Source: Paecilomyces variotii (lineage: Eukaryota). Taken from it: 64,000 bases of DNA. Below are positions 50,746 through 62,666 of the stretch, piece after piece. The stretch lies in assembly GCA_004022145.1 (NCBI GenBank), contig RCNU01000001.1; one strand, written 5' to 3'. Under the pieces are notes generated by a model that saw only the letters and a list, made by a program, of their open reading frames with translations, was not told the DNA's origin and made no database searches. A program made the position numbers and the translations under genes. The first letter of the stretch is position 1; the number at the start of each line of letters is the position of its first letter.

Positions 50746-51903
50746 AGTTTTTTTGTTCCCATTTGATCCGCACTGTATATTAATGATTGCATCCGCATGT
50801 CTGGCTGTAGATTTTGAAAAGACTTGCTGTGATGAATGAAATGGCTGCTTGGTTGCGCGCATCTTGTGTCTTTATGCAGCGAATGCTGTGACTCCCATCG
50901 GAACTGGATATGCCCTTCCGCCTGGTCATCCCATCCTTTCACATACCCGCGTTTGAGTGCATTGCACGCACATTTGTGGGCTTCCTGTCGTTTTCCTTTG
51001 CCTTTCTCATTCCATGATGTCTGCCTGGGGACATAGCTATCTCTCTTTGTCTCGAGCTTTGGCGTTCTCCTTCTACTGTGTCCAGTGGGCCCTCAGTTTT
51101 CTTTCTCTGTGGATCATTACTTCGTTTCTCGTGCGGGCCGGCTCAGTGTTTCTAGTTACCCAACGATTCAAAGCAATACCAGCTGTTGCTGATAATACAC
51201 TTGCAGAAGTCAGCTTTCAGCATTTCTCGGTGCCTCATCTTACGAGTAAGATATGAAATTAGTCCAGCAGCTAATATCGCATTGTGGCAAGCGACTTGAG
51301 CAGAAGCTCTGATACCGGAGTTTCCTCAGGATAAGATCACAATCATCCATCTAGTGCGCTTTTAAAGCACCGTTGGAGCGATCTTAGTCTAGTCCTTATA
51401 GCACAATTCTATTCAATCTTTCTTTGGACTGAAAAGGTAGTCTTTTTAGAGTGCAGAGGAAACCTGCCCATGAACCTTATCTTATCGCCATGTGGAGAGT
51501 GATCCGCGTTTTTCCCCTGACAGACGCTAGCTTCCGGATTGCTGGGGAAGCTTGAATGTTTGCCAGACCACCTTAGTTAGTTCCACATGAGAAAGTGTCC
51601 AGACATGGAAGTCCGTCTTCGCTGTGGTGAGGTGGGCTTTTTGATGTTCTATAACCTCTGCAGGTAAAGGTACTGCTGGTCTAACCTTTCCTGGCGTCAC
51701 TTCTATTCGCGCACATCAGCATCGCCGTCTTCCTTTCACATTCTAGTTTTGTTTTGTATCCACCGTCTTTTACGACTTGTTTATGCTGCGTTGCCTTTCT
51801 TTGACCTCACCTCTCTTTTACACATCGAGGAACTTTCCTTTTTCCTGTGGAGACATCCTTTCCTTTCACATTTTGTCCTGGTAATTCCAATAAGTACACC
51901 ACC

Positions 51904-53821
51904 ATGGCTGCTCAGGAAGCAAGCCAGAATCAGTTCAATTTCAGTGTCTCACAGAACTCCATTTTTACTGGAGGAGCCTCTGCTGCGAGTTTTGGGAATC
52001 CGTGGAAACCCAGCACTTTCGCGTGGTCATTCTCTGGCCTCAAACCGAATATGACTACTGACCATTCGTCTGGAGTTGCCTCCAAGACAGTTGAGGATGC
52101 AGAGTTCGAAAGGCATCTGAGTCTCTTCGACATTCATGATCGAAAAGATGGAGCTGGCTCGGTTTCGAATGCGGATTCCAATGGTTCTCTCCTGGACGAG
52201 ATGAAGACTGCTCCGTTGTTCTCCGCTGAGGTGAAGAAATATGTTGCAAAGGAGACGCTCTTCAAGTTTACGAGGGAGAACACATCGACGTTTCCTCAGC
52301 ACGGACTGATAGGGCTGAGGTTGGAAACTCATGGAGACAATGACGAGTCAGAAACGAAGCCAGAGCCGGAAAAGCAGATCAATAACCTCATGTACGCGAA
52401 CATAACGGCACCGTGGTCCACTTTCATTTGTGGCAGTCAAGGCAGCGGAAAGAGTCACACGCTCTCTTGCATGCTTGAAAATATGCTCCTCACTCCCTCC
52501 AAAACAGGAACTCTTCATCGTCCACTTGCTGGGATCATCTTTCATTACGACAAGTTTACGAACTTTTCGACCACTCAGCTCTGTGAAGCTGCATATCTGT
52601 GCTCTCATGGAGTTCCCGTGCGCGTCCTAGTGTCACCAAGCAATTTCATGACGATGCAGAAGCTATACCGAAACCTCCCAGGTCTTCCTGCCCATGCGCC
52701 AAAACCAAAGGTGGTGCCTATGTACTTCCGAGAGGAGTATCTGAACATCACCATGATGAAGACGTTGATGGCTATAGGAGGCGAGGGCAACACTCCGCTC
52801 TACATTGAGGTGAGTAGATCCAGTCTTTGTACACACATACCAGTTCAAGCCCCTCTGACTTTGACCAGGTACTTAGCCAAGTACTGCGAGGAATGGCTAT
52901 GGAATCTCAGGGATCGCGAGGCCTGAACTATAAGCTCTTCAAACAGAGGTTAGAATCGGAGAGATTCTCGAAAGACCAGCTTGCACCGTTGAGACTACGC
53001 CTTCAGCTTCTCGAGTCTTTCTTGGATACGTCACCGAAATCGTCGTCTAAAACCGCCGATATATGGGAGTTCGAAAAGGGCACATTGACAATCGTAGACC
53101 TGAGCTGCCCCTTCGTCGATGAGAACGATGCTTGTGCGCTGTTCAATATATGTCTGTCATTGTTCTTGGAGAATCGTGGAACTAGCGGTCGCCTCATTGC
53201 TCTGGACGAAGCCCACAAAGTAAGTGATATGCACCCACGAATGATAAATTGTTAAGCCTTGGACTGATGTGTGGTTTTTAGTTTTTGTCAACCAAATCCA
53301 ATGAAGCCCTCGAGTTCACTGATACGCTCTTATCGGTAATCAGACAACAGCGACATCTGGGCACCAGAGTTGTGATCGCAACTCAAGAACCTACACTATC
53401 TCCAGACCTCCTTGATCTCTGCAACGTAACGATCGTACACCGGTTCAGTTCGCCAGCATGGTACAAGATGCTCGAAGCTCATCTTGCTGCAGCGCTGATT
53501 GGGAAACAGCGACAGCAAAGGACAACAGTCGACTCAGGTAATCTTTTTGACCAGATCGTCAAGCTGAAGACCGGAGAAGCCCTCCTATTCTGCCCCACCG
53601 CGGCTGTCGACGTAGCCACGGACGACACCGGCGAGATTAACGGGAACCGATCAGCCTCAGAAGTCGACATGACTGGAGACATCCCGTCCATAGCGCAACC
53701 ACCATCTCCAGTTTCCGGTCGAAGCGAAAAGAGAGTGAAAGAACTCGGATCGCGGTACATCAGAATGAAGATACGCAACAGAATCACTGCAGACGGAGGC
53801 CGTAGCATCCTTGCAGAATAG
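51904..53821 (+). CDS. P-loop ATPase, HerA/FtsK/VirB4-like
   Basis: Exons are 51904-52809, 52869-53219 and 53282-53821. Walker A is ICGSQGSGKSHT and Walker B is LIALDEAHKFL. RQQRHLGTRVVIATQEP carries the Arg finger and ATQ, and the C-terminal region has LKTGEALLF. Confidence 0.88.
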
Positions 53822-54624
53822 TGTTGATAGCGCGACGGCCCTTCGTTAATAAGCCCTTCGTTGATAACTAGCCGATGATCAAAAGTGGTATTTGTTGCCG
53901 TAGCGGATGTTTTATTGGCGATATTTGGGATTGGGGTTTGAGGATGCAGTTCGTGTCGTGTACTATTACTGGGAGGCGATTGTATCAATCATAGACCAAA
54001 ATGTACCTATGTACTGTACCTGGGATGAAAATTGGTTATGAATCGTTCATCGTGAGTGCGTTACCAGATGCGCGAATCGGTGGCAGAGACCTCGCATTGA
54101 TGATCTTATGAACCTCTTATTCGATAGTAAATCAGAGAGTAGCAGATCAAATAAACAGCCATGTTACTACTGTAACAGACAGGAAGTGAAGCAGCTAACT
54201 CCAGGCTGACTGGCTAAGCAAAGATGAGAGATCGCCGTTCGAGTGCCTGGTTCACGTGTGACCCTGACGTCAGGGGTGCCGGCACCACCAACAATTCCAA
54301 GATAGCTCGCAGATCAAACGACAAGGAGAAAATGTGTATAGCCACAAGAGGCAGACGGTGAGCACTGCGTCATTAAGCACTGGATGAAATTGCTGGCTAG
54401 CCCTGGAATGCACTTGCGTTCTATGGGTTTATTAAAGGAGTGTTCCACTCATCTGTAGCGTACTGATCGATTGAAGTCAGGGAAAGGAAACACAATTTCA
54501 CCTTTTCAACAAATCATGGAGAAACAAGCGTGACTCGTGATATGAATGTAAAGAAGGTATTCTTGCCTTTTTTTTAGGATATTGCAATCTGGAATGTGCC
54601 TTCCGCCTCTAGAGGCAGGGCAAC

Positions 54625-56788
54625 ATGAACGACCCGGGTCTGGACAGTACCATAGCGCAAGAGGCGACTGAGATTGATAGACATTCCACGAACCTAGGGA
54701 CAGACCATGATGAGCGCCCTGAGCTTGGCTGGGCTGACGAACTAAGGGTTCGAGAGGGAGATGTGGCAGAGGCCCTAAAACCAGCCAGATGGTGGATTGC
54801 GTCCACGGCGATTCCGTTGGTAGCGGTACGTTGATGCCGATAACATGCTACTGAATATGGTTGAGGATACCAAATGGATTGCAACATTTTAAGGCTGATA
54901 CTAGAATGTAGGGAACTCTGGGCCCAATGGCCAACGCTTTCAGCATTTGCAGTCTAGCTCAGAGTTGGACTTATCAATTGGCTCCAAGTGGAGGCTCTCC
55001 CCAAGAAATTCCGGATCCAGCATGGTCTGTATTGACTTCGCAACTTGTATCATACGAAACGCTGACTCTTGTTGCAGGGTAATTGCAGTCAATGCAGTAT
55101 CTCTTGCGTTTGCTCTCATATCAAACTTCGCGCTGCTGATGAATATGGCTCGACGGATACGCTTCTCTATCTCACAGCCAATCGTCATTATTGGATGGTA
55201 CATTTCCTCCATAATGCTGATATGTCTACTCGCAGTCTTCAAGTCATATAATGACACGAGAGCCCACACCCTCACACAAGCTTATTATTATGGCATACTA
55301 GCAGCTGCCATCTACTTCGCTATCTCTTCGTTGCTGCTAATTACCGTCTACGGTGCATACAAAGGTCACTATACAAAGGAGTTTAATCTTACGACGAGTC
55401 AAAGGACACTCATGTTACAGACTATCATTTTTCTAGTGTATCTCCTAGGCGGAGCTGCCGTCTATGCGCACATCGAAAAGTGGCGCTATTTGGATGCCAT
55501 ATACTGGGCTGACTTTACATTGCTGACTATCGGTATTGGCGACTTTGTCCCTCGTACCCATTTGGGCCGAGGCTTGCTGTTTCCATTTGCAATGGGCGGC
55601 TTGTTGATTATTGGTCTAATCATTGGATCGATAAGATCACTTATGCTCCAGAAAGGAAGCAAAAAGCTGGCCGGCCGCATAACTGAGAAGACGCGGAGGG
55701 CTCTTCTGAAACGGGTCCTAGCCAGTTATGAGGACCCTCGAAGTTTCTCGCCAAATGCTAACGAAGATGGAAGTGATGATGAAGTGGAAAGGAGAAGACG
55801 AGAGTTTCTGGCTATGCGAGAGGTGCGGCGAATAGCTGAAATCGAGCAAAAATGGGTCTCGTTGGTTATTTCTTTGACCGTGTGGATGATGTTCTGGCTA
55901 CTTGGTGCAGTGGCCTTCTGGAGATCAGAGAGAGACCGAGGCTGGACGTATTTCCAGGCACTTTATTTCGCCTATACATCGCTCTTGACGATAGGCTACG
56001 GTGACATATACCCTGTCAACAATTGGGCCAAGCCGTTCTTTGTCTTCTGGTCGCTCCTTGCTGTGCCAACTGTTACGATTCTTATTTCGAACCTGGGAGA
56101 CACTATCGTGAGGGGGATCCGCAATGCTACACTATACCTGGGAGAGTTAACCATTCTCCCTGGAGAGCAGAGTTTTACAGACAGATTTAAAGATCTGCTT
56201 CGTTTCTCTATCGGAGCCAGGGGCCCTAACGACACTGAAGATGCGCAACAGCAAGAAAATAACGAGGCCAATCGGGAGCAGGCACGGGTAGTCGAGCAGG
56301 CGGAAAGTGTCATGGAAGAGGAGGAACTCCAAGAAGAGGAACAAGCGCGTGAAAAGGGTGATATTAGGGCTGAAAACATTCACCATAAGCAGTATCTCCT
56401 CATGCGTGAGATTCGGAAGTTGCTTAGTTATGTGAATAGTGATCCTCCAAAAAGGTTCAGCTACGAAGAGTGGGCATACTACCTTAAGCTCCTCGGAGCG
56501 GACGAGTCAGTCGCAAGTTATCACCGGGCTCCGCCGCTTGACGCCGATGAGACATCGATCCAGCAGACGGGCTCTTCGGAGGACAACGAAGGCCAGAGAA
56601 GGACACCAAAATGGAGCTGGATGGGTAGCAGGAGTCCCTTAATGGGTGACAAAGAGGAGGCTGAATGGCTTCTAGAAGCATTCTCTGAGAGACTGGAAAG
56701 AGAGCTGAAAAGGCAGAGGGATGAGGTTCAGTCTCAAAAGCGCAATTCTAAACGCGACAAGCAAAACTCGCAAGAAAAGGATAAGTAA
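54625..56788 (+). CDS. TOK1: Outward-rectifier two-pore K+ channel TOK1
   Basis: Exons are 54625-54825, 54912-55024 and 55078-56788. Motifs PLVAGTLGPMAN and QRTLMLQT, with two pore loops LLTIGIGD and LLTIGYGD. Confidence 0.93.
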
Positions 56789-57352
56789 TTTAACAGGGAT
56801 TCAGTTGCAAATATTTGTTTCTATGCCTATTCTACAGTTTGTGTGCAATATTGGAGGCCCCTTTTTTGCAAGCAGTTTTCCTTTTTTTTTCGATTGGCAA
56901 TCATTCTTTATTCATCTGTCAGGGTGCATTAACATGAGGCTCATCATCACAACTGTTCTCACGCTGCATTTCTATTAGAGCTGCATGTATAGGCGTTTGT
57001 GCAATTACATTCAGAATTTCCAACAGTGATAAAATAACTGGGTGTCCACTTAAAAGCAATAGTTTTTATCAAATACAATGAGTTATAGAAGTTAGTATAA
57101 TAGCCGCCTATCACTGCTGTGCTTTCATATCACAGTAATCTGACGGTTCTTCTCGGTATACTATTAGAGGACCCTGTAGTGAATTCACACTATAGGCAGC
57201 CTCTCGTGCACGCCCTTATGAAGGTGACGGGGGGTCCGAAATTCTACAATCTCTAAGCCTACCGTGTTCCAAATGCCTGGACCATTTGATTTTTAGATAC
57301 GACCGCTTGGATAAACGGAGATATCTATCGTTACGAGGCTTGTTGACTGAAA

Positions 57353-59671
57353 ATGTTCCTCGTTTTTGTCTCTCTCATGGCACTACAAACAAGCACTCAT
57401 GGACTATCGGACCCCGACAGGAATACACTGCATCCCAGAGACTCCCAGATTGATATAGAAGAAGTCAGTGAATCAAGATCAGTATCTACTTCAATGTTCA
57501 GATGTGAAAGAGGAGAGCCGATCTTCAGCATTCCCCAAACTCTAGCTACAGTGATCCCGCCTCCCTTTCCAACGACATCTTCAGAGACGACTTCTACTTC
57601 GAGGGAGACTACATCATGGTATACCACCACTTTCTTCACGACATTCCCAACTGGTACTGCTACACAGTCTGATAGTACTATTATCTCTTCGAATTCTACA
57701 GCTACTACATCTTCTACCACTCCAACAGAAACCCAGGCCCACGGCACGAAAAAGGGCAAAGCCCCTACGGTTATCATAGCCGTTATTGCTGTACTGGTTG
57801 TTATTCTCTGTTGTTTACTGTTTGCCATTTGGTACTTTAGGAAGAAGCGGAAGCGCTTCTACAGCGAACGCGGAAAGGAACGTCTACCCGATATCAATAG
57901 ACCACAGACTCGCAGTGCAGGTGGTCTTGGTCTTCGCGTTCCTATGGGAGATTTACGAAGCTCAGGTGGAAATGGTTCTCCAACCTCGCTGGTGAAGAGG
58001 ATTCTACCGCATTCGATGTTTTCCAGAAATAGAGACTTGGGTTGTCCCTGTCCACAACCGCCTGATGATAATGCAAAATATGGTCCGAATTCAAGTCCTT
58101 TGAACGAACAGTTTCCATTGAAGGAGACACATGGTCCTGCTACTCCTTCTAAACATCACCGTGTGGCTCCGTTGAAGTTGCATGATGAGACGGGTGATGC
58201 AGGAGACTTTGGTCAAGCTGGGCATCACCAGTCTGGGAATGGGGCCAATGATGAAATCGAATCTATAATCGATCGTTATGCTGAAGTTCCTGATCATGAA
58301 GGCTTTGAATATGCGAGTCCTACTGGTCAGGGGATTGAGCGTTGGTCACAGGGATATGTCAGTCCTGAATCAAGCACACCAAGAATGGAGATGGTTGAAC
58401 GACCTAGAAGCGAACCGCTGTTCTTCAAGCTTCACAATTCCGGAAGTCCAGGATGGAAAAGACCGAGTCCTGTAACGCCACTCACGCCTAGTACTGGTCT
58501 TCGCACTGAGGATTGTGACACACCTTTGTTTCCTCGGATGGCGTCGTTACGAGCAGACAATGGCCAGCAGCAACAGCATAGTACGAGAAACGACCAGGGA
58601 GAATGGAGCAAGGATAGCCCTCGCTATTATTCCGATCAAAATACAGATCCTGAATATGAATCGAGAAAGCGGGACCTTCAGAGAAGGTTCGGGTTTGGAG
58701 AACAAGTCTTCCCTCTGCGATCGAGAAACAGGGCTTCTCCGTCATATACCGGTCATTCGAGAGATGTATCCACCATGCATGGATGGGGTACATTCGCGAA
58801 CAATGACCCTCGCTGGGAAGAGCGTACTGAGCAAGCTAGCTCTGGGCTCAATAGCGGTAACAGATTAGGCAGTCAAGACACGCCACATAGTGAGGACTAC
58901 GACCCTAATAATGTCATTGAGAGACAAGAATCGCGATCCCATTCCATCACTAGTCTTCATCCGAGACCGTTGGTTATACGCAAGGTCAATTCTCTACCTT
59001 TGCTGGAAAGCATATTATCAGAACTCGGATCTTCTTCCGAGGCAGCCTGGTCTGATAGTAGAGCTTCACGACTCCCCGACGAACCACTGGAATACCTCCC
59101 AGCTACTCGTTACGATCCAGAAGACAGAGCTCTCTATGATGTTAGAGGAAGCTACGGTTCAGAAGACACTATTCGTGAGATACATAGCACTATTGAAGGG
59201 TTTAACAATATGGAAGGCATTTCACAGGATGATATAGAAGAGACGAGAAGTCATTACGAATATGAAAACTTCGAGTCTCATGGTGAGGGTTCACCGAAAC
59301 ACCTCACGCCGTACGGACATATTAACCCCAGCGAACACTCGACGAGAACCGACCCATCGCCCAACTCGAGCAGACTAAGTCAAGTGGATCTTGGAAGCGT
59401 GTCTGGTTCACTGCGTATGTCGGGTAGGAGGAGTAGTATAAAAACCCATCTTCCGCGCCAGCGTTCCGAAGAGACCTTTATAAGCGATGACCTCTTTGGG
59501 CCGAAAGTTCGTGCCATGAGAGCCGGCCGTGAGTATGTTCTCGCTGCTAGTGGTCGTCTTAAACCTTCTGCAGGAGGTCCGGATCAATATGGGGACTCAC
59601 GAGATAGTGTACGAAATCTTCGCCGAGATATGAAAGGGAAAATGCCTGAAAGAGAGCAATATAACTCATGA
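57353..59671 (+). CDS. Type I membrane protein with S/T-rich ectodomain and long disordered cytoplasmic tail
   Basis: A 772-aa single-exon ORF with a possible signal peptide and a T/S-rich stretch. The TM segment VIIAVIAVLVVILCCLLFAIWYF is followed by RKKRKR. Confidence 0.78.
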   Translation: MFLVFVSLMALQTSTHGLSDPDRNTLHPRDSQIDIEEVSESRSVSTSMFRCERGEPIFSIPQTLATVIPPPFPTTSSETTSTSRETTSWYTTTFFTTFPTGTATQSDSTIISSNSTATTSSTTPTETQAHGTKKGKAPTVIIAVIAVLVVILCCLLFAIWYFRKKRKRFYSERGKERLPDINRPQTRSAGGLGLRVPMGDLRSSGGNGSPTSLVKRILPHSMFSRNRDLGCPCPQPPDDNAKYGPNSSPLNEQFPLKETHGPATPSKHHRVAPLKLHDETGDAGDFGQAGHHQSGNGANDEIESIIDRYAEVPDHEGFEYASPTGQGIERWSQGYVSPESSTPRMEMVERPRSEPLFFKLHNSGSPGWKRPSPVTPLTPSTGLRTEDCDTPLFPRMASLRADNGQQQQHSTRNDQGEWSKDSPRYYSDQNTDPEYESRKRDLQRRFGFGEQVFPLRSRNRASPSYTGHSRDVSTMHGWGTFANNDPRWEERTEQASSGLNSGNRLGSQDTPHSEDYDPNNVIERQESRSHSITSLHPRPLVIRKVNSLPLLESILSELGSSSEAAWSDSRASRLPDEPLEYLPATRYDPEDRALYDVRGSYGSEDTIREIHSTIEGFNNMEGISQDDIEETRSHYEYENFESHGEGSPKHLTPYGHINPSEHSTRTDPSPNSSRLSQVDLGSVSGSLRMSGRRSSIKTHLPRQRSEETFISDDLFGPKVRAMRAGREYVLAASGRLKPSAGGPDQYGDSRDSVRNLRRDMKGKMPEREQYNS

Positions 59672-60640
59672 TCCGTGCGACTTATGAACCGTGGCTGGGG
59701 TTGATGTCAGAATACTGACTTACTGATCACCAAGGGTTGTGTGTTTGAACTTTCTAAGTAAATGTCGGCATGCATGACCCCGTCTATTCTTTTCCTAACT
59801 ACCTAGATATCTGATCTGATTCTCAACTGAGGCATAATAGCGTCTTTATTTATTTTATCTTGTTGATCTAAGTTTCAGTTATGGTTCCCGGGGATATTGC
59901 TTGATCCATTCTAACCCAGCATCTATTAGCAGGTCAGGAGTTATGGTGGTCTAATTTCCTGTTGGCGATCAATACTTAATAAGCTACAAACTAGAATAAC
60001 TCCTAGACAACTCTTGCTAGAAATTATTCCGATAAGCCTCGGTTTTATGTATGAAGCGTTTACATAGATTAGAGATTGATTGTGATAATATCGGCCGCTC
60101 TGAGGCTTGGGTGGATCAATCTATCTATGATCTGATTCTAACGATGAAGCCAACTTTAATTATGTACATGGGCAAGCAACAACAATTATCCTCTTCCATG
60201 AATGTTGTTGCTATCAGCGGATGAATCCTAACCCGCTGCCAATCCTTTAGCCGATCTAAAATCAACGCTACTCCGTACTCTCCGTACAATTCCCCGCATT
60301 TCGGAGCATAGTCACCTTTTGTGCTGCCAAGTATGTAACTATCGCTCTGATACTTATTTTCCATCGGGGGTCCGAAAAGGGGATTGGAAATCAAGTAAGT
60401 GGGCATATGGCGTGATTGATTACAAGCCAACTCAGTAACTTACCATCTACGACGCTGTACTCCTTCGCTCATTCAAGACCGATTAACATTGACTGACTCA
60501 TGAATTGAATGGAATAGTATTCGCTTTGAGAACGTTCTACTGCACATCGGTTTTGTAGAGATCGGAGAAACAACACAGGATTTCATAAACGAAAACAATC
60601 CCACGACTGTATTCGATATTATTTCTCCCCAACGAGCAAA

Positions 60641-61687
60641 ATGTCGAAACCGGTGAAAGTCGCCATCCTAGATGACTACCAGAATCTAGCACCAGCCAAA
60701 TTCGAATCGCTAGTCTCTTCTGGTCGTGTCGAGCTGACTAGCTTCACCGAAACGCTGGACACTCGCGATCCCAAAGACAGAACGGCGTTGATTGAGCGAC
60801 TGCAGCCGTTCGAGGTTATTTCGACGATGCGCGAGCGGACTGTTTTCACAGAAGATGTGCTTAAAGCACTGCCTAATCTGAAGTTACTCCTTACGACAGG
60901 TCTTCGTAACGCGTCCATCGATTCTGTCGCGGCTGCGAAGCACGGCATTATCGTCGCGGGGACGGAGAGTCGTTCGAAGGCTGGGCCCGACGCTACCACA
61001 CAACATACGTGGGCGCTGATTCTGGGGTTGGCGAGACATATCGCTCGAGATGATCTCGCGGTTAAGAGTGGCGCGTGGCAGGGCCCGACATTGGCGCTTG
61101 GTCTGCCTGGTCTGACGCTCGGTTTGTTGGGCCTGGGTAAACTGGGTGCAGCAACGGCACGAATTGCCGTCCTCGCATTCAACCTGAAGGTGATCGCATG
61201 GTCGTCTAGTCTGACGCAAGAAAAGGCCGACGAGACCGCTAAGAGTCTCGGTTTACCGGTCGGTTCGATCCGCGTGGCGTCCTCAAAGCTGGATCTTTTT
61301 CGCACCGCGGATATCGTCAGTGTGCATTATGTGCTATCCGAGCGGAGTCGAGGCATAGTTGGCAAGGAGGAGCTGGCGGCTCTGAAGCCAAGCGCCTTGT
61401 TGATCAACACATCTCGAGGACCGTTAATCGATGAAGCAGCGCTCTTGGAGACTCTGAAGGCTGGTCGGATCCGTGGGGCGGCGTTGGATGTCTTTAACAA
61501 AGAGCCTCTTCCCGTTGACAGCGAATGGAGGACGACGAGATGGGGCGAGGATGGACGTAGTGAGGTGCTCCTTTCGCCGCATATGGGATACGGTGAAGCA
61601 GACAATATCAGTTCGTGGTATGCGCAAACGGCAGCCAATTTGGAGCACTGGTTGGATGGAAAGGCGGTTCCCAATCGATTGAATTGA
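60641..61687 (+). CDS. D-isomer-specific 2-hydroxyacid dehydrogenase (PGDH-like)
   Basis: Motifs KVAILDDYQ, MRERT, LGLLGLGKLG (NAD-binding), LINTSRGPLIDE, AALDVF and SPHMGY. Intronless. Confidence 0.93.
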   Translation: MSKPVKVAILDDYQNLAPAKFESLVSSGRVELTSFTETLDTRDPKDRTALIERLQPFEVISTMRERTVFTEDVLKALPNLKLLLTTGLRNASIDSVAAAKHGIIVAGTESRSKAGPDATTQHTWALILGLARHIARDDLAVKSGAWQGPTLALGLPGLTLGLLGLGKLGAATARIAVLAFNLKVIAWSSSLTQEKADETAKSLGLPVGSIRVASSKLDLFRTADIVSVHYVLSERSRGIVGKEELAALKPSALLINTSRGPLIDEAALLETLKAGRIRGAALDVFNKEPLPVDSEWRTTRWGEDGRSEVLLSPHMGYGEADNISSWYAQTAANLEHWLDGKAVPNRLN

Positions 61688-62069
61688 TTTGTATGTATGG
61701 AATAGTCTATCTTGGCGAGGTCATCGGTAGAGTATCTGCTATGTTGGCATTTGCACTGGATGACTGGATAAGCATTGGTAGTGTCTCAACGAGATTGGGT
61801 TGTGGCCAAGCACGCAACGAGATTGAAACTCTTTGGTAGTTTCTGGAAGCTAATTTCATGTGAATATGGACGTGTGTCGCGCCAGATATTAGCAAGAATA
61901 GGTGAAAGGCTGCATTTAGATACGGCTGAATGGCATTTCTCAGACGGAGGTCAGAGTCGTAACGATTGTAGCATACATATATAGAAAGGTTCCGGGGCAC
62001 CGGACAGGTAACGAGCCAGCGCATTCTGCTGGCCCACGGATCCTACGACTGCTTCCTCCAGTGTCCGCA

Positions 62070-62666
62070 TCATAGCATGTGTCTCTCTGTCTGTGCCATC
62101 TTCGCGATAGCCTCTGGGCTGATTTCTGGCTCGGGTTTGGGCGCTGAATCCAGGTTGGCGTGATAGTAGGGGCTTTTATCGAACTCGGTATCCATCATTC
62201 TGGGGGTCCGGGCTGGATCCCGGCCTGTTGATGCGGTTGGGAGTGGCACTGTTATCTGAGGAGGTCTCCATCCTTGCGACGAAACTGGGACCATGCGGAC
62301 TGTCGGCTGCTTTTTGTCGCCGGGGCGTGCTGGGGGGTCATAATCATCATCGATCTCAATATCATAATTACGGGCCTTAACATCCTCCAGGGCATCCAGT
62401 TGCTTCCTTCGTCTCGAAAGAACGACGAGCACGACAAGGGCGGTTACGACGACACTGCAACAAGAGATCAGCAGCAGCTCTTATCGCACGGTTTAGACAA
62501 TATAAAGACGATCGGGGCGTATGCAGTAAGGATATACTTACAATCCCAAGATAGCCGTCGGTACGGCGTTCATCAAAAGCTTACTGACCGGCTTCTCGCA
62601 CTCAGGACTGTCACTGCCAGCAGAACAATCTCGTCGCAAAAGTATAGAACGAACGTCAAGGCCCAT
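62070..62666 (-). CDS. Small single-pass membrane protein (about 169 aa)
   Basis: Exons 62666-62542 and 62454-62070 are joined by a GTAAGT...GCTGAT...CAG intron. The product reads MGLDVRSILLRRDCSAGSDSPECEKPVSKLLMNAVPTAILGFVVVTALVVLVVLSRRRK... Confidence 0.78.

Noticed and set aside
60676..61674. Long antisense ORFs over the dehydrogenase, and similar shadow ORFs over other genes
   Set aside because: They are explained by the codon bias of the sense gene and have no independent motifs.
60641..61687. Horizontal transfer of the intronless bacterial-like dehydrogenase
   Set aside because: This subfamily is common in fungi and lack of introns alone is not evidence. A phylogeny would be needed.
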